A stretch of DNA of 64,000 nt, from contig NC_043009.1 in the NCBI RefSeq assembly GCF_006345805.1, positions 3,472,001-3,536,000 of the forward strand, in the 5' to 3' direction. The position numbers and the translations under genes were made by a program. Below are positions 39,171 to 52,023 of the stretch, in pieces. Origin of the DNA: Octopus sinensis (Eukaryota). A model generated the notes under the pieces. That model searched no databases, was not told the origin of the DNA, and worked only from the letters and a program-made list of their open reading frames with translations. The stretch's first letter is position 1, and each line of letters begins with the position of its first letter.

Positions 39171-40958
39171 ATACATATAAATATATATTGTAGTATGCTG
39201 CTTAAAGCCCGTTCACAGTATTCGGCTACCTGACGTGAACAGTATAGTGTTATATCACTAGCTTTTCTCCAAAAATTACTTCTTGTCTGTAGAGTTTATA
39301 AAATAGATGAGCGAAAGAAAATGGAATTCACCAAACACTTTATTTATTACTACAAAGTCCGTTCTGACTATTCATGCATCGGTACATTAAATTTTAGATG
39401 TTGAACAAAGAGTTTGGTGAATCCCATTTTCTTTCTCTCATAGTGTATATGAGTGTGCGTATAAATGTGTGTGCGTGTTTGTGTACATACTGGGTTATGG
39501 ATGTATGTACCTTATAAGTAGTGAGATCGAAATGTCACGTTAAAAAAAGGGTCAAATTTTAGCATAGGCAGCGTCTGTATAGGTAAGGCAAGAGGGCACG
39601 ATAATCAATCAACAAATTTTATCAATTTCTGATTCCCATGCACTTCGGTCAAGATCGAAATTAGGCAGAAATTCTGATAAGAAGAATGCTACTATGGAAC
39701 TCTAGTATATAGCAACAAATCGTGCCTATAATGTGATAATTAAGTCCGTCAATGAAAGCATTTGAGCATGTAGTTATGGACTACATTTGTTTCGTAGGGT
39801 GAACCAATCGCATAAAAGGACATCCTACGATTTCTTTGCCGTAATTACTTCGCCAAGAGAAATCGGAACAAATTTATGTTTCAATACTGGAAAACGGGAT
39901 AGTAATAGGAATTGGTGGATTAACCGATGATTCCAGTGAAATGGAATGGGCTATAGTTTTAAGCAAGTTAGTCCCTTATATATATATGTAAGTGAATTTA
40001 TGGGGTGACTTAGATATTTCTTAGCTAACTCAGATTTGTAATCAAATGGGTATGAATCTGAAAATAGGCGACAAAGTGGAAAAGTCAGAATACACAACGG
40101 GTCGCTTATTAAAGAATATAAAGTGAGATTGGAGAATGTTAAGAGGAAAGATGTTCCTCAATAAACCTTTTTTGAGTATTCAAGAGATACGTATACTCTC
40201 AATAAGGACCATGCTGTGTTGGTTTGTGCGAATGCTATAAAAGCTATCGATGTATTTAAAATAACAATACAGAAAGGAAATTTGGCTTACGACTCATTAT
40301 TCAAATATCAGGTTTTTCTTTTCGGGAGTCTGAATTTAGTAAATCAGGATTATATCTTTTTTATATATATTTTCTATGTGACGTTTCAGCAATATTTCAG
40401 TCTTGCATTGTGAAGCATGCAAAGCTAACTTCTGAAAATATGTAATTTTTGGGGATTTTTGTTATGGGCAGAGATACTATGATCCAAAAAGGCAATAGTG
40501 AATGTAATATTTAATTTGCTGGCGTGGGAGAAAGACTGTGATTTTTTAAAAAATGCCAATGATCATATAAAAATAACTCTTTGGAGAAATAATTTAAGAA
40601 AGCTATAAGGAAAAACATGAAGGACAAGATTGAATTACATAATTGTTATTACACGAATAAGGATCGTTCCCATTTGCTACAGATCATCAGGAAGCAAATT
40701 CTTCGTAGGATGTGGGTGTTGTAAATAAGCTATACCATAAATCGAAACAACATTATACATATATATATATGACCTTTTAACTATACTAGAGATATTTATA
40801 TTGCTCTCAGATTTTGAGCACGAAAAGTGTCAGGTAATTTACAGCCTTAATAGTAAGATCGCGAATTTCACATATACACACACACAAACACACGTACAGA
40901 TTAATACATTAATACATACACACACACACACACACACACATACACACACACACACACG

Positions 40959-40998
<40 letters not shown>

Positions 40999-41099
40999 GT
41001 TTTGTATTTGGTTTGCGGGATTCTTTAAGTCAATTCGTTTGCTGAAGCACATTTTATAATTTTTTCATTTTTCATAGGCATTTATATGTGTATAGTTAA

Positions 41100-41289
41100 A
41101 AACAAAATGAAGATGAAACACAAGAGAAAACAACAATGCGGAGACGCGGTACATGCAAAGTATTAAAAGACGCTCCGGGAAGGTCAAAATTAGTATTTTA
41201 CGTTTCGAGCAAAGCTCTTCGTCAGAAACAGGAGAGATAAGAAAGCCCAAGAGAAGAGGAAAACGGAGGGGAAAAACGCTAACACTCCA

Positions 41290-41290
<1 letters not shown>
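41100..41290 (-). mobile_element. PLE pLTR remnant
   Basis: Same layout as 300-560 and 42061-42265; abuts (TA)n. Confidence 0.65.
41194..41231 (-). ncRNA. Minimal type-I hammerhead ribozyme (predicted, PLE type)
   Basis: tgttt-CTGACGA-A-GAGC-TTT-GCTC-GAAAC-GTA/aaata: intact CUGANGA and GAAA, palindromic ACGT stem III, predicted cleavage between 41199 and 41198. Confidence 0.7.
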
Positions 41291-41357
<67 letters not shown>

Positions 41358-42005
41358 CATATACATAGCGTAACGTAACTCTTGGAATAACAATTGCATG
41401 CGGCTGAAGAGAGCTTTAAACCATCCTTTATATCTATTATACACTGATGTAAGAATAGGTCGATTAAAGAGCTTGACACACCTGTACCGCGACATCCTTT
41501 GTGTTCTGTCTTTGATTTAATTATATATATATATGTGTGTGTATATATATGTACTTTTATGAATATATATATATGTGTATGTATATACGTGTATATAAAT
41601 GTATGCATGGATGGCTGATGGATGGATTGATGGCTGTTTGTGTGTATGTATATTCGTGTGTGTTGTGTGTCCGTTTATTTCTGTGTATACATATCTAACA
41701 AAGATTATATTACAATTTCATACTCCAATACCTACAGCTTTTCTCACACCAGGTATACTTTAAATTAAATCCCATGTTCTCTCCAATCCTCATGCCAACT
41801 CCGATATGACTGAATAATTTTTCATCAGACCATAAATGGTCATTAGACCTTATAAACTACAAATATGTGTGTATGCGTGTGTGCACATGTGTAACCTATA
41901 ATTTTCACTGCATGTGAATTTATAGGTAAATGTGTGTTCTTCTGTGCTTGTGTTTTTGTGAGCATCTGGTTGTATATATATACATACATACACACACATA
42001 TATAT

Positions 42006-42060
<55 letters not shown>

Positions 42061-42063
<3 letters not shown>

Positions 42064-42265
42064 GTGGGGTGTTTACGAAAAAAACAAAAAACGAAGACAG
42101 GTGGTGTACAAAACAAACAGATGTATTAGTGTAACGCTCAGGAATAGAAAAAGTATTTTACGTTTCGACCCTACACTCTTCTACAGAAAGGAACTCAGAA
42201 AAAACTAGGAGAGGAACAAGGAGAGGAAAAAATGTGTAAAGTGGCTAACGATCTATCATGGCGAC
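42061..42265 (-). mobile_element. PLE pLTR remnant between (TA)n tracts, with variant hammerhead
   Basis: Homologous to 311-556; motif ttt-CTGTAGA-A-GAGT-GTAG-GGTC-GAAACGTA-aaa at 42156-42190. Confidence 0.65.
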
Positions 42266-42281
42266 TATATATATATATATA

Positions 42282-43102
42282 CTAGCAGATTGCCCGCGTT
42301 GCTCGGGGATGAATTGCTTGAAAGTACTGTTAATGATTGCACTGAATTATATGATTATTCAGGCAAATATTGAAATAAGCTTACGGTGGGAGATAAGGAC
42401 TTAACGCCAACGTGTGCCATTGCATTGTTTTGGGGAACCAAATTTCTGATGGGCAACTAACTTTAAGTTTGAGAAAGTGGTGGTGGTAGTCCGGGGTGCT
42501 CAAAGGAATTGAGTACCTCTATTGGATAGTTGATGACGTCCTCTGGTCAGGAGTTGTTTGATAGACTGATATACATCGACTTCCCCAGGATGAGTTTAGC
42601 ATTTCATCATTAATATGGTGAACAGTTTTATTCCTCGGGGCCAGTATAACCTTTTTGCCAATCCAATCCATATTCTGATAATTAGCTTGTAAATCTGGGA
42701 ACACTGCACTCTGAGATCAGAAGGCGTCTTAACAATGGTACAAATGGAATCGATGGCAATATTACCATTTTCATCCCCTGGTATTTTGCCTTCGCCAAGT
42801 GCAAGGAGAGTGTGAGGAAATGCTGGTGATGTGATATTACGTCGCATATGAGCACGCATATTGGTGTGAAGTTTGAGAGTTACTTCCGTTTATTTTTAAA
42901 AATATGCATTAAAATGGAAAAAATGATGGTAAATTATTTGTAAAATCATAGACTCATCGTAGACGCGCGCTAATACCCAGAAGGGCTCGATATGAATCAC
43001 GACTATAAGATACCCGGTTTTGGTAAACTGCATCGCAAAATGTGGGAGTAGTTAGGAATCTAAATCGGAGTAGACAGACACACAACCTTTCTTTTATATA
43101 AA
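42282..43102 (-). mobile_element. Internally deleted Helitron carrying a helicase fragment
   Basis: 3' CCCCGAGCAACGCGGG hairpin plus CTAG|t at 42282; 5' end near 43102; helicase relic in the same orientation. Confidence 0.85.
42390..42880 (-). pseudogene. Helitron PIF1-like helicase fragment
   Basis: KLHTNMR...LLALGEG...VFPDL..NY.N.DW....ILAPRN..V..IN...YPIE.LNS.E.PGLPP..LKLKV are typical RepHel helicase motifs; frameshifted. Confidence 0.88.
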
Positions 43103-43818
43103 TACATACTACACACACACATACATACACACACACACACACACACCACACACACACCACACATACATGCATACATACATACACATAAACCGAGTAAAAA
43201 ATTTCAGTTATCTCTCTCTTTCACACATTACTCTCTCTGTCTCTTCACACACAACTAACAGAAGCACTTCACTTACACAACATACTGTCTGTCTCCCACA
43301 CTCCATCAAACACACACACACACACACACATGTACATCAATGAGTCCCATGCACGGTAACTTCAAAGGAACTTCCCTCGTCATACAATCGCTTTCTCTTA
43401 GTCTCTTTCGCTCTCATTACTTATGTAAAAAATAAAGTTTTTCTATGTGTGTAAAGAGGGGGGGATGCAGAGTGAAAGAATCACTCACTACAGTAAGTCA
43501 ATTACTTTCATTTTATTCGTTGCCCACTGTGTGTGTGCGTTTGCGTGTGGTGTAACCAGACTAAGAAAAGCATTTGACACACACCAGAATGTGAGTTTTC
43601 TGTAAATTTTGCTTAATTGGAGTTTAAATTTTAAAAACTGGACCTGGCATGACGCGATGCATTGTACTCTCAAAAATGCCAGTAAAATTGTAATTGAAGA
43701 AATCTATATTGTAGATTTGTATAACTCCCAAAGGGAGGCAGATAAAATCTGCCTTTTATAATAAGAGATACTTTATTAAACCCTATATCAATTTGTATAT
43801 ATATATATTATATATATA

Positions 43819-44003
43819 GGGGGGGGGCAAAGGAAAATGATTGCGTCTCTCATAGCCTCTCCTCTCCAGTGTAATGATCGCTGCAGAACTTCTACCTGGC
43901 TGCGCCTTGCGGAAAGTTCTTGCTTATGGCCTCTCCTGCACTACTGTGTCCACAGCAGCACCTTCACGCGGTACCCCCCCCTGTTCTCACTGAGCCTGCT
44001 GTG
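43819..44003 (+). ncRNA. HDV/CPEB3-like self-cleaving ribozyme (predicted)
   Basis: P1 G9 (43819-27) with C8T (43974-82); P2 CACAGCAG (43951-58) with CTGCTGTG (43996-44003); P3 ACC/GGT; L3 TTCACGC; P1.1 C43965-G43983; J4/2 CTGA (43990-93, fits CNRA). Confidence 0.72.
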
Positions 44004-44440
44004 TGGCGCGACCGGGTCTTGGCGGTATAACCGGGTGGGCAGACTGGGCTCGTTAGCCTTGGTTGACAGCCAGTCTAGAGAAGGAAAACTCTGACTCCAA
44101 ACCCTCGCTCCGCTGCCTGCGGATGCTCTTGGGAGAGGGAAAGGCTATGGAGTAAACCCAGACAGAAAATCCGGAGTGGAGCCCTGAAGGCGGTAGGGTG
44201 TCGATCTCGACCTTTTCCGGCAACTCCTGCAGCCAACCAGACTCCAAACGTACTGCACTGCATTCCTTTAGATTATGTCTGGGGGCCGAGAGGGAGATCT
44301 GGTGTCTGGGCAGCCCAGTGTCTTCGTTTCCCTACCGCCCAGGCTTGCGCCATGGAGAAACTACTCCATCGATGGAACAAGCTGAGATGGCAGTTACGAG
44401 TTTTAAGCCAGGGTGAATTGGCGTAATCCCGTACATACAT
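43819..44440 (+). mobile_element. ORF-less RTE-like non-LTR element (ribozyme, 5' UTR, short 3' end, (TACA)n tail)
   Basis: GC-rich island starting abruptly at a G9 run after (TA)n; contains GCCAGTCTAGAGAAGGAAAACTCTGACTCCAAACC (about 44069-44103), which I recognise as an RTE-clade 5'UTR motif; ends in (TACA)n. Confidence 0.6.
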
Positions 44441-44488
44441 ACATACATACATACACACATACATACATACACACACAACACACACACA

Positions 44489-44528
<40 letters not shown>

Positions 44529-44547
44529 ACATACACACATACACACA

Positions 44548-44578
<31 letters not shown>

Positions 44579-44585
44579 GTATGTA

Positions 44586-44791
44586 TATTTCAAAATAGAA
44601 AATTACCCTTTAACATGCAATTTTAACATGCTAGATATAGCAGCAAAGATTGCTACGATCCATTATTTTCTGGCAAATTTTGAAGTCCATGAAAAATAAA
44701 GACCTTTATCTTTTAATATATGTATATATATATACATCTACATATATATATATACACACACACTCATATGTATAGATATATAGATATATAG

Positions 44792-44831
<40 letters not shown>

Positions 44832-44838
44832 CATAAAA

Positions 44839-44869
<31 letters not shown>

Positions 44870-44871
44870 CT

Positions 44872-44947
<76 letters not shown>

Positions 44948-45478
44948 ATATATATATATCACATATATATATAGGCGCAGGAGTGGCTGTGTGGTAAGTA
45001 GCTCGTCTACCAACCACATGGTTGCGGGTTCAGTCCCACTGAGTGTGTATTTGTGTGTCTGTGTTTGTCCCCTAGCATTGCTTGACAACCGATGCTGGTG
45101 TGCTTATGTCCCCGATCGGCAAGAGAGACCGATAGAATAAGTACTGGGATTGCAAAAGAATAAGTCCCGGGGTCGAGTTGCTCGACTAATGGCGGTGCTC
45201 CAGCATGGCCGCAGTCAAATGACTGAAACAAGTAAAAGAAAAGAATAAAAGAATATATATATGTACCAGTTTCGCACTAGGGTCGATGTAATCGACTTAA
45301 TGCCTTTGTCTGTCCTTGTTTGTCCCCTCTATGTTTAGCCCCTTGTAGCTAGTAAATATATAGATATATAGATATTTCAAAATAGAAAATTACGCTTTAA
45401 CAGGTAATTTCTACATGCTAGAACTAGCAGCAAAATCTTGGCACGATCCATTATTTTCTGGCAAATTATGAAGTCCCG
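44586..45478 (+). repeat. Diverged ~105-bp direct repeat pair
   Basis: TATTTCAAAATAGAAAATTAC...TTTTCTGGCAAATT.TGAAGTCC at 44586-44690 and 45373-45478. Confidence 0.85.
44973..45250 (+). mobile_element. SINE family S1 with central deletion
   Basis: Head joined to the 3' half, lacking the CORE-like segment. Confidence 0.85.
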
Positions 45479-46077
45479 CAGAGATGTATGTATATGTGCA
45501 TGTACTAGTATTAATACATACATTTTTACTTATTTACGTGTATATATACACGCGTTAGCATATATGTATATCTATCTATACACACACACACACGACAGAT
45601 ATATATACTATATATAATATTTATGTGTGTGTGTGTGTGTGAGTCTGTATAATATGTATGAATGTGTGTATGTATGCATGTATCTATCTATCTAACTATC
45701 TATCAATCTATCCATATATATATATATGCGGATATATTGTACGTGCATGTATTTGTGTGTAAGCATATATCTATGCACATATATATATATACATTTATAC
45801 ATACATACAAACATATATACATGCATACATACATATGTTGCATACACATACACATACACACACACACATATATATTTATAATACCACACATGTATAAATG
45901 CACATTTAGAACACATTCATACACACGGCGTATGTAGATGTATGTATGAATGTATCTATTCTTAGAAATATGTTACATATACACACACGTTTATATATAT
46001 GTACACACATACGTACATACATATCTATATGTATATATATACACATACGTAAATACATATCTATATGCATGTATATA

Positions 46078-46310
46078 TTACTCTTTTACTCTTTTACTTG
46101 TTTAAGTCATTTGACTACGGCCAAGCTGGAGCACCGCCTTTAGTCGAACAACTCGACCCCGGGACTTATTCTTTGTAAGCTTAGTACTTATTCTATCGGT
46201 CTCTTTTGCCGAACCGCTAAGTGACGGGGACGTAAACACACCAGCATCGGTCGTCGAGCAATGTTAGGGGGACAAACACAGACACACAAACACACACACA
46301 CACACTATAT
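46078..46310 (-). mobile_element. SINE family S1, 3' half
   Basis: Ends at the internal microsatellite, where a Helitron begins. Confidence 0.85.
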
Positions 46311-46317
46311 ATACATA

Positions 46318-46703
46318 CTAGCAGTATCGCCCGGCGTTGCTCAGGTTTCTAAGGGAAATAACTATAAAGCATTTTTAGAGAGTTATAGCCAAAAAATAGC
46401 AAAAAAATGGAAACAAAATGATGGTAAATTTTTTTTGACAGTTAAAAATGGTGGAGTTGCGTCCCCTAGACGGTCTGTGGTTTGGGTTTCTGAAATTCGA
46501 CCCCATGTCGAATTTATCGATCTTTTTCAGAACTGGGGGATCTTTTCAAAATTTTCGCTGCGTTAGTTTTGAATTATGACATTGGCTATGTGTGTGTCAA
46601 GTTTCATCAGAATCGTTGAAAGCCGTGGTCAGAGTGAGGGTACGAGAAAACAGACACACAGAGAAACGCGAAACACAGACAAAGACTGCCGTTGTATTAT
46701 AGA
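46318..46703 (-). mobile_element. Non-autonomous Helitron
   Basis: a|TC at 46703, hairpin CCTGAGCAACGCCGGG, CTAG|t at 46318. Confidence 0.8.
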
Positions 46704-47449
46704 TATATATATATCGATATTATATATATATATATATATATATATGCAAAATATTTTCAATGTTGATATTTTGATGATTTAGTTCTACAGAAAGGAAACA
46801 ATACCACAGAGAGAAAACTATACATACATGCTAGGATAGTCGTTTCGTACATGATACTGGAGCGGAAAATTTAAGTATGTGTTATATATTCGTGCTAAAT
46901 AACTTACGAAAAGAGGAATGCAAAATCCGCATATAAGTTTTTTTTAATAGAATATTTTGTACTTTTCGGTTGTTTATAATGAATATTTTACTTGTATTGA
47001 CAAAATATATTTGTGAATGACTATTTCATTGTTTCTAGTGTAAGGACGTGTGATAAATACATGCGCTTGATGTACCTTTTTTCTATAACGTATGTATACA
47101 CATATGTCAGTGCTTGTACGATAATACAATACCTAAATGTTGTTCTTTCTCGCGGCAGAATTATGCGACAATCCCAAGCCACGACAGATATTTGTAACAC
47201 ATTTTGGCTACATTTGTGCGATATAAATGAATAAGAAGTAAAACTTCTGCCTGTGATGTCGTTCGAAATATACCTTATGGTAGCTTCCAATATCATATCC
47301 AGGAAAATTTTATCCATATATGTTTCATTGTCCGCTGGCCGTATTGTAGTTGGTGAAGCAAATCGGCAAATTCAAAAATACATACGTTCCCCAAAACTGT
47401 GTGTGTCTATGTGTGAGTGCTTGTGCTTGTCTGTGTGTGCATTTATATA

Positions 47450-47480
<31 letters not shown>

Positions 47481-47631
47481 GTATATGGGGGGCGTATGTG
47501 GGTGTGTGTGTGGGTGAATGGTACATATATATATATAGTTGTATATATAATGGATAAGCATTCCAATGAAGTTTTTGCACACTCAGACACTCATATGTAA
47601 TACACACACACATACACACACACACACACAC

Positions 47632-47694
<63 letters not shown>

Positions 47695-48205
47695 GTATGC
47701 GTGTTTGTTTGCATGTAGGTGTGCGTTTTTGTGTACTTATGTGTATGTGTGTGTGCATGTGTGTATTTATATACGTAGGCGTACACACACTTACATGTGT
47801 AAGAATTGATTGGAATGTTTATCCATTTGCAAATATAAACACCTTAGACATGTAAATATGTGAAAATGTGTTCGTAAGTGCATGTATAGATGCGTGTTAA
47901 AGAGATACAGTTTGCGTGCCTGTGTATGGCATGCGTGTGTGTGCGTGTGTGCGTATGCAATGTTGTCAGTGTGTGTGTGTTCGTGCGTGTTTTTCTAGCT
48001 AACTTCATTTCAAGTCAGCAACGAGAAACGATGCTATAGAGAATTAGGAGATCAGCCTGTAATTTCTGAATGTCTGTTTATTTGAACTGCTGTTATCATG
48101 TGATGACCGATAACACACGTAAACAAATCTCTCACGATGGCTTCCTTAGATCTTGGCAAAGCTGTCATCGCTTTTCTTCATTATCGAAGGCGATAAAGAA
48201 TGATT

Positions 48206-48238
<33 letters not shown>

Positions 48239-50907
48239 AAACAAAATATATATATAATAAAAGAGAAGCAGAGAGGCGGGTGTAATTGAGGAGGAGCGAA
48301 GCGGGGCAAGGATTGAGAGGAAATAAATGGTAAAGAGAATGAATTGGAGAAATAAATAGATGAAAGGAAGGGTGGTGGAGGTGATATGGAAAATGAGAAT
48401 GGAAAAGAGTAAATAGGATAATACGCTGAAGCATGTGGAGAAGGAACTTGTGTAAATTCTTAATGGTTCTGTTATATAATGAAACGTTTACTCAATCCAG
48501 AATATAAGACCATCCATTTCTATTTAATTTATTTGTTCGTTTATGCATCTCACGTGAATTCCGGATATCCGATTCTATAACCATAAGTCCCCCTCCCAAA
48601 AAAAAAGAAAAATAAGAAAAGGTAGAAAAAAGAAAAGAAAGAATCGTAAAACGAGCAATTGGCCCGGGATTTTCTGGTTCGTTTCCTTTCAGCCTTTTGG
48701 AAACTATTTGTAATGCCTATGATTCGAAGATTATTGCGGTCAAATAAACGAGAGTCGTAGAGATAAGTATAGAATCAATGACTTGAGCAAGGACATCACT
48801 TAAAAACTGATGAGGTTTAATTTATTTATTGATTTATTTGAAGAGTTACCTTTCCTGCAACGGAGGAATGAGCATTACATCTCGGTGGACACTCGAGACA
48901 CTAAATATGCTAACCATCATGTCCCTCAATTTAAGCATTGTTGTCTTATACAGAGGAAGAACAACGACGACTACACTCATGTTATACGAAATGACTGGAG
49001 AGTAATGACCGTCGCAAATTCCTGCAGAGGTTGAACGGATCTGAACTTAAAAAACGCAACATTAATAAGAACCACAAAAAAAAAATATCCAGGCAATGGA
49101 CAAAGTATTCTATTGATCAATTAATAGAATAATGATATAACACTATGTCTGTGTAATGACGCAAAAAATCCAAGAAGCAATGTTGTTTCAATAGGTTCAA
49201 GTGACGCAAGGGTCGACTATGGCTTTTATATTTTCGGGACGAAGGTGCCACACAGTGGGACTGAACCCAGAACGATGTGGTTGGTAAGCAAGCTACTTAC
49301 CACACAGCTGTTCCATATTTTGGTATAAGTCCAACAGTTTTCGTGTTTGATCTTCAGTCGCTTACATTGACCCCCATTACTGAACTGGTACAGCCTTTAT
49401 TCGAGCTTGAATGAATGAAATGTCATTTGATTTTGGAGAACTGCCAATACCTGACGTTTAGTGCAAGAAGAAATGGAGCAGAGCGTATTTTCTTACATAC
49501 TCATGATTCTTCCACGCCAGTAGATATTTATGCTTCCTTACCGTGGCACAAATCCAACAAGTTTTAGGTATAATTATAAGTTGATTACATCGACGCTAGT
49601 ACTTCATTTTGTCGTCAGCGAAAGGGCGAATTGAAAAACCCACTGCGATGACAGGTCAAAAAACGCGTTGGAATAAATATTGCTTGATGTTTTGTCCGGC
49701 ACGCTAATGATCCCACCAGCTCACTGCCCTTCTGCTATACATGATAATAACAATACTTGTTTCCTGTCTAATAGACTGACCGTGTAATTCCATGCTCCGG
49801 CGGTCTCACCACGATTCGCATGATGATTTCCTACTGATTTGGGTTTTAAATTACGTTAAGTGTTCACGTATCTCTGAAACATTCAACCACGTTGCTGTTA
49901 ATTAAACGAGTAGGTAGTTCTGCAGATCGGAACATGGAATGATTGTAGATAACCAGAACTTAATAATTGACCCAAATACAGGTGCAAACAATTGAAGATA
50001 AAGAAGGATTGGCAAGTGGTGAATATAAAAAGACGGGATGAACACGAAATCGCTACCGAATAAAACTGTGGACCATTTCGTTTTTCTGTATTTCTTTTGT
50101 AGTTTAGTTCCGCTTCTATTTTGTTTCTACCAGAGCAAGACTCATTCCTGTAAAAAGCTATTGATTTCCTCTTTATCCAGTTGAATAAAAAGAAATTACA
50201 ACCTCTTTATAAATTTTTGTACATGATTAAGTATTTAAAAATACATATTTCTGAGATTCCAATCGATAAATCGATACAAAAATCTCCAAATTTCAACAAA
50301 GTATTTTTTGGAAATATCTATAATTAAAAATTAGATAATTTAATTGCATTGATGCAGAACATAAAGAATATGATTCTTTTATAAATTTTATACTTATTTA
50401 ATGGTAAATACATTAAAACATATTAAAATATAATACAATTATCTCTGAAAATTATTTAAACCATATGGGTGTCTTTTACTGTTAATAATGTCTCTACTGT
50501 GTAACGTTAACTTCTCTCAAGCACGTAAGAAATATTTGTTCCTCTCTTCTTATTCTTCACGCCTAAATTGAATAGTTCTGTAAATAATACTTTTATACTT
50601 TTCATTTTTTACTTGTATGAGTCATAAGGCTGCGGTCATGCTGGGGCACACTTTGACAAGTTTAGTTGAGCAAATAGAAACCCTCTTATTAATTTTTCCT
50701 AAACTTGTTTCTTACACTTTCGTCTCTCTTTGGCAATGCGCTTAATTACGAGGATGTAACAAAATAAATATTTGGTGCCAAGCATTGCTAAGGAGCAAAC
50801 ACTGACTCACACACGCACAATATTTGACTATTTGCTGTAGCCAGTACAAAGTGGTCGCTTATAGGTTTTAAGCTTATAAAATAATATTATTATTTACAGA
50901 ATATATA

Positions 50908-51060
50908 TAAGTAGCTTGCTTATCAACCACATGGTGACAGGTTCAGTCCCACTGCATGGCACGTCGAGCAAGTGTCTTCTACTATAGCCTCGGACCGACC
51001 AAAGCCTTGTGAGTGGATTTGGTAGACGGAAACAGAAATACGCCCGTCGTATATACAAGC

Positions 51061-51096
<36 letters not shown>

Positions 51097-51310
51097 GCGT
51101 GTGTGCGCGCGTGTGTGTGTGTGTAGCCACCATCACTTAACAAACGACGTTGGTGTGTTTACGTCCCCGTAACTTAGCGGTTAGGCATAAGTGACGTAGA
51201 ATAAGTACTAGGTTTACAAAGAATAATCCTGAGGTCCATTTGTTCAACTAAAGGCGGTGCTCCAGCATGGCCGCAGTCAAATGACTGAAACAAATAAATG
51301 AGTAAAAGAA
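50908..51310 (+). mobile_element. SINE family S1
   Basis: Matches the S1 consensus; 5' few bases missing. Confidence 0.88.
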
Positions 51311-51364
51311 TATATATATATATATATAAGGAAGTGAGACCGCAGAAAAGTTACTGCATCAGAC

Positions 51365-51800
51365 GAAATGCTTGAAAGCATTTGTTCCGAACTCCAACAA
51401 TTCTGAGTCCAAACTGCATCGAGGTAAACCTTGCCTTTCATCCTTTCGGAGCTGTGGAAGTAAGTACCGGCTGATCAGAGTGGTCGAGAAAATCGATTAT
51501 ACCCTTGTACCTCGAAATTACAGTCTCTGTGCCTATAACCAAAAAATGATCATAATAACCCTTTCTACTATAGGCAAAGGTCCTGAAATTTGGGAGAGGG
51601 GACGAGTTGATTATATCGACCTCAGTGCTTCACTGATACTTGATTTATTGACCCCGAAATGCAAGGTCGACATCGATGGAATTTGAACTCAGAAGTTAGA
51701 CAAGGCCGAATGCCACTGAGCATTTTGCCCGGCGTGCTAACGATTCTATCACCTCACCGCCATAATAATAATAATGATGATAATAATAATAACAATAATA

Positions 51801-51838
<38 letters not shown>

Positions 51839-51884
51839 AATAATAATGATAATAATAATAATAATAATGATGATGATGATGATG

Positions 51885-51973
<89 letters not shown>

Positions 51974-51981
51974 AATAATAA

Positions 51982-52023
<42 letters not shown>

